This document shows positions 61,701 through 64,000 of a DNA stretch of 64,000 nt, piece after piece. Below the pieces are notes generated by a model. The model saw only the letters and a list, made by a program, of their open reading frames with translations, made no database searches and had not been told where the DNA came from. This stretch comes from Macrostomum lignano. Lineage: Eukaryota. The position numbers were made by a program, and so were the translations under genes. Numbering within the stretch: the first letter of the stretch is position 1; every line of letters begins with the position of its first letter. The stretch is taken from the NCBI GenBank assembly GCA_002269645.1, contig NIVC01000525.1:62001-126000 (forward strand). The letters run 5' to 3'.

Positions 61701-63450
61701 AGCCCTGCTGACTGCGCCTGCAAACGTGGAAAAAATGTGCCTACTAAATACAGCTGTATGGTTGACCCGAACCGCCTTAATCCTTAGTATAGATAATTTA
61801 GACTGACTAATCTCTGACAGTCTGTCATTATTATTCACAATAATCACCAGTAGACTATTATTCCCTTTAATCACTAGTTTAATAATCTTAAATATAATTA
61901 ATAACCAAGTGGCTAGTTATTTATCCCCAATTATCACCCATTCTACCACCGATTATCATCAGTAGCCTAATACTCCTGATAATCATCAGTAGCCTAATAC
62001 TCCTGATAATCAACAGTAGCCTAATACTCCTGATAATCAACAGTAGCCTAATACTCCTGATAATCAACAGTAGCCTAATACTCCTGATAATCAACAGTAG
62101 CCTAATACTCCTGATAATCAACAGTAGCCTAATACTCCTGATAATCATCAGTAGCCTAATACTCCTGATAATCATCAGTAGCCTAATACTCCTGATAATC
62201 ATCAGTAGCCTAATACTCCTGATAATCATCAGTAGCCTAATACTCCTGATAATCAACAGTAGCCTAATACTCCTGATAATCAACAGTAGCCTAATACTCC
62301 TGATAATCAACAGTAGCCTAATACTCCTGATAATCAACAGTAGCCTAATACTCCTGATAATCATCAGTAGCCTAATACTCCTGATAATCATCAGTAGCCT
62401 AATACTCCTGATAATCATCAGTAGCCTAATACTCCTGATAATCATCAGTAGCCTAATACTCCTGATAATCAACAGTAGCCTAATACTCCTGATAATCAAC
62501 AGTAGCCTAATACTCCTGATAATCATCAGTAGCCTAATACTCCTGATAATCAACAGTAGCCTAATACTCCTGATAATCATCAGTAGCCTAATACTCCTGA
62601 TAATCATCAGTAGCCTAATACTCCAGATAATCAACAGTAGCCTAATACTCCTGATAATCAACAGTAGCCTAATACTCCTGATAATCAACAGTAGCCTAAT
62701 ACTCCTGATAATCAACAGTAGCCTAATACTCCTCATAATCATCAGTAGCCTAATACTCCTGATAATCATCAGTAGCCTAATACTCCTGATAATCAAAAGT
62801 AGCCTAATACTCCTGATAATCAACAGTAGCCTAATACTCCTGATAATCAACAGTAGCCTAATACTCCTGATAATCATCAGTAGCCTAATACTCCTGATAA
62901 TCATCAGTAGCCTAATACTCCTGATAATCAACAGTAGCCTAATACTCCTGATAATCAAAAGTAGCCTAATACTCCTGATAATCAACAGTAGCCTTATACT
63001 CCTGATAATCCATGGCAGCTTAATACCCGATAATCCCTTGCAGTTTAATATTTCGATAATCCCTTGCAGTTTAATATCCCGATAATCCCTTGCAGTTTAA
63101 TACCTGATAATCCCTGGTAGTTTAATATCCCGATAATTCATTTTGAGCTGAAACTTTATCCCGATAATCAAAGTACTTAATATCAGACAAAAAATGAACA
63201 GCAAAATATCCAGATTCATCAAACTCACCTTGGCCCGCGACTTTCGTAATCCCACACCCGAGCCAGTTGCACAACGCCGCCCAGAGGCAGCAGCACAGAC
63301 CCGTAGCCAATCAGATTAGCCAGAAGGCGGCCCAGCCACCAGCCGTTACTGTGAGACCCAGCAGCTTCGCCAGCGCCCGAGTGCAGCAGGTAGCCAAGCA
63401 GGGCTGGCAGGCAGACAAAAGCGCAGGCGCTTAGCAACAGGCCGACGACA
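58798..63450 (-). CDS. SLC35B2: PAPS transporter 1 (nucleotide-sugar transporter, slalom-like); 5' exon not found in window
   Basis: Exons 63450-63229, 61717-61513, 60553-60184 and 59342-58798, phase-consistent. Motifs [69 protein letters not shown] and [14 protein letters not shown]. Confidence 0.92.
59355..60105. repeat. TCATAATGAGGATTTTGATTGGG-based repeat (SLC35B2 intron)
   Basis: Direct reading. Confidence 0.92.
60592..61440. repeat. 32-34-bp repeat CTGTCACTGACAGTGGGGACTGTGAATTCGGG(AT) (SLC35B2 intron)
   Basis: Direct reading. Confidence 0.92.
61950..63010. repeat. 27-bp minisatellite ATCAWCAGTAGCCTAATACTCCTGATA, ~39 copies (SLC35B2 intron)
   Basis: Direct reading. Confidence 0.96.
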
Positions 63451-63539
63451 CTGGATTTTTTAATTTAGGTTAGACGAAATGCATTTCTTACGTATGGGGA
63501 TCAGTTATGATTTTTTGAGTATATATATCGTTTAAAATG

Positions 63540-63900
63540 GGGTGTGGGATCCAGATATACCATCCGATTGGGTGTGGCATACAGAAATACCATCTGATTG
63601 GGTGTGGGATCTAGAGATACCATCCGATTGGGTGTGGCATACAGAGATACCATCCGATTGGGTGTGGGATCCAGATATACCATCCGATTGGGTGTGGCAT
63701 ACAGAAATACCATCTGATTGGGTGTGGGATCTAGAGATACCATCCGATTGGGTGTGGCATACAGAGATACCATCTGATTGGGTGTGGGATCTAGAGATAC
63801 CATCCGATTGGGTGTGGCATACAGAGATACCATCTGATTGGTTGTGGGATCCAGAGATACCATCTGATTGGGTGTGGGATCCAGAGATAACATCCAATAG
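63540..63900. repeat. 30-bp repeat GGGTGTGGSATMYAGARATACCATCYGATT with alternating variants, ~12 copies
   Basis: Direct reading. Confidence 0.92.
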
Positions 63901-64000
63901 ATTAGGGTAGTGAAATCACTCTGATAGACCAGATAGCAAACCAGAAAGCACAGGTTGTCAAATTGTAAGAAACAGTGATTCTGTGAGACAACTCTGAGAA

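Overview
Intron-rich eukaryotic (metazoan) DNA with GC-rich exons and minisatellite-filled introns. This style resembles Macrostomum-type flatworm genomes, but the taxon is my inference. The first 45 kb hold one + strand gene of ~47 exons (~2805 aa) encoding a divergent IP3-receptor (ITPR)-family Ca2+ release channel. Its pore filter reads ILRFGLIGD rather than the canonical GGG[IV]GD, and its IP3-binding site is only partly conserved. Intron 44 contains a 2.6-kb Ty3/Gypsy (Mag-like) LTR element with apparently identical 206-bp LTRs and a 5-bp TSD. Its single intact ORF is Gag-protease-integrase, with no RT or RNase H. Three genes lie on the - strand: NT5C3-like (4 exons, with a 1165-bp solo-LTR-like insert in intron 3), an intronless CRLS1-like cardiolipin synthase, and a 5'-incomplete SLC35B2-like PAPS transporter. 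About 40 mutually unrelated tandem arrays occupy introns and intergenic DNA. Several have suggestive structure: duplicated splice donors, poly(A)-signal hairpins, an inverted array pair bracketing one exon, and an X-box-like VNTR. Nearly all long ORFs in the supplied track outside the modelled exons are translations of these arrays. Exon models were built by hand from GT-AG sites and phase continuity.
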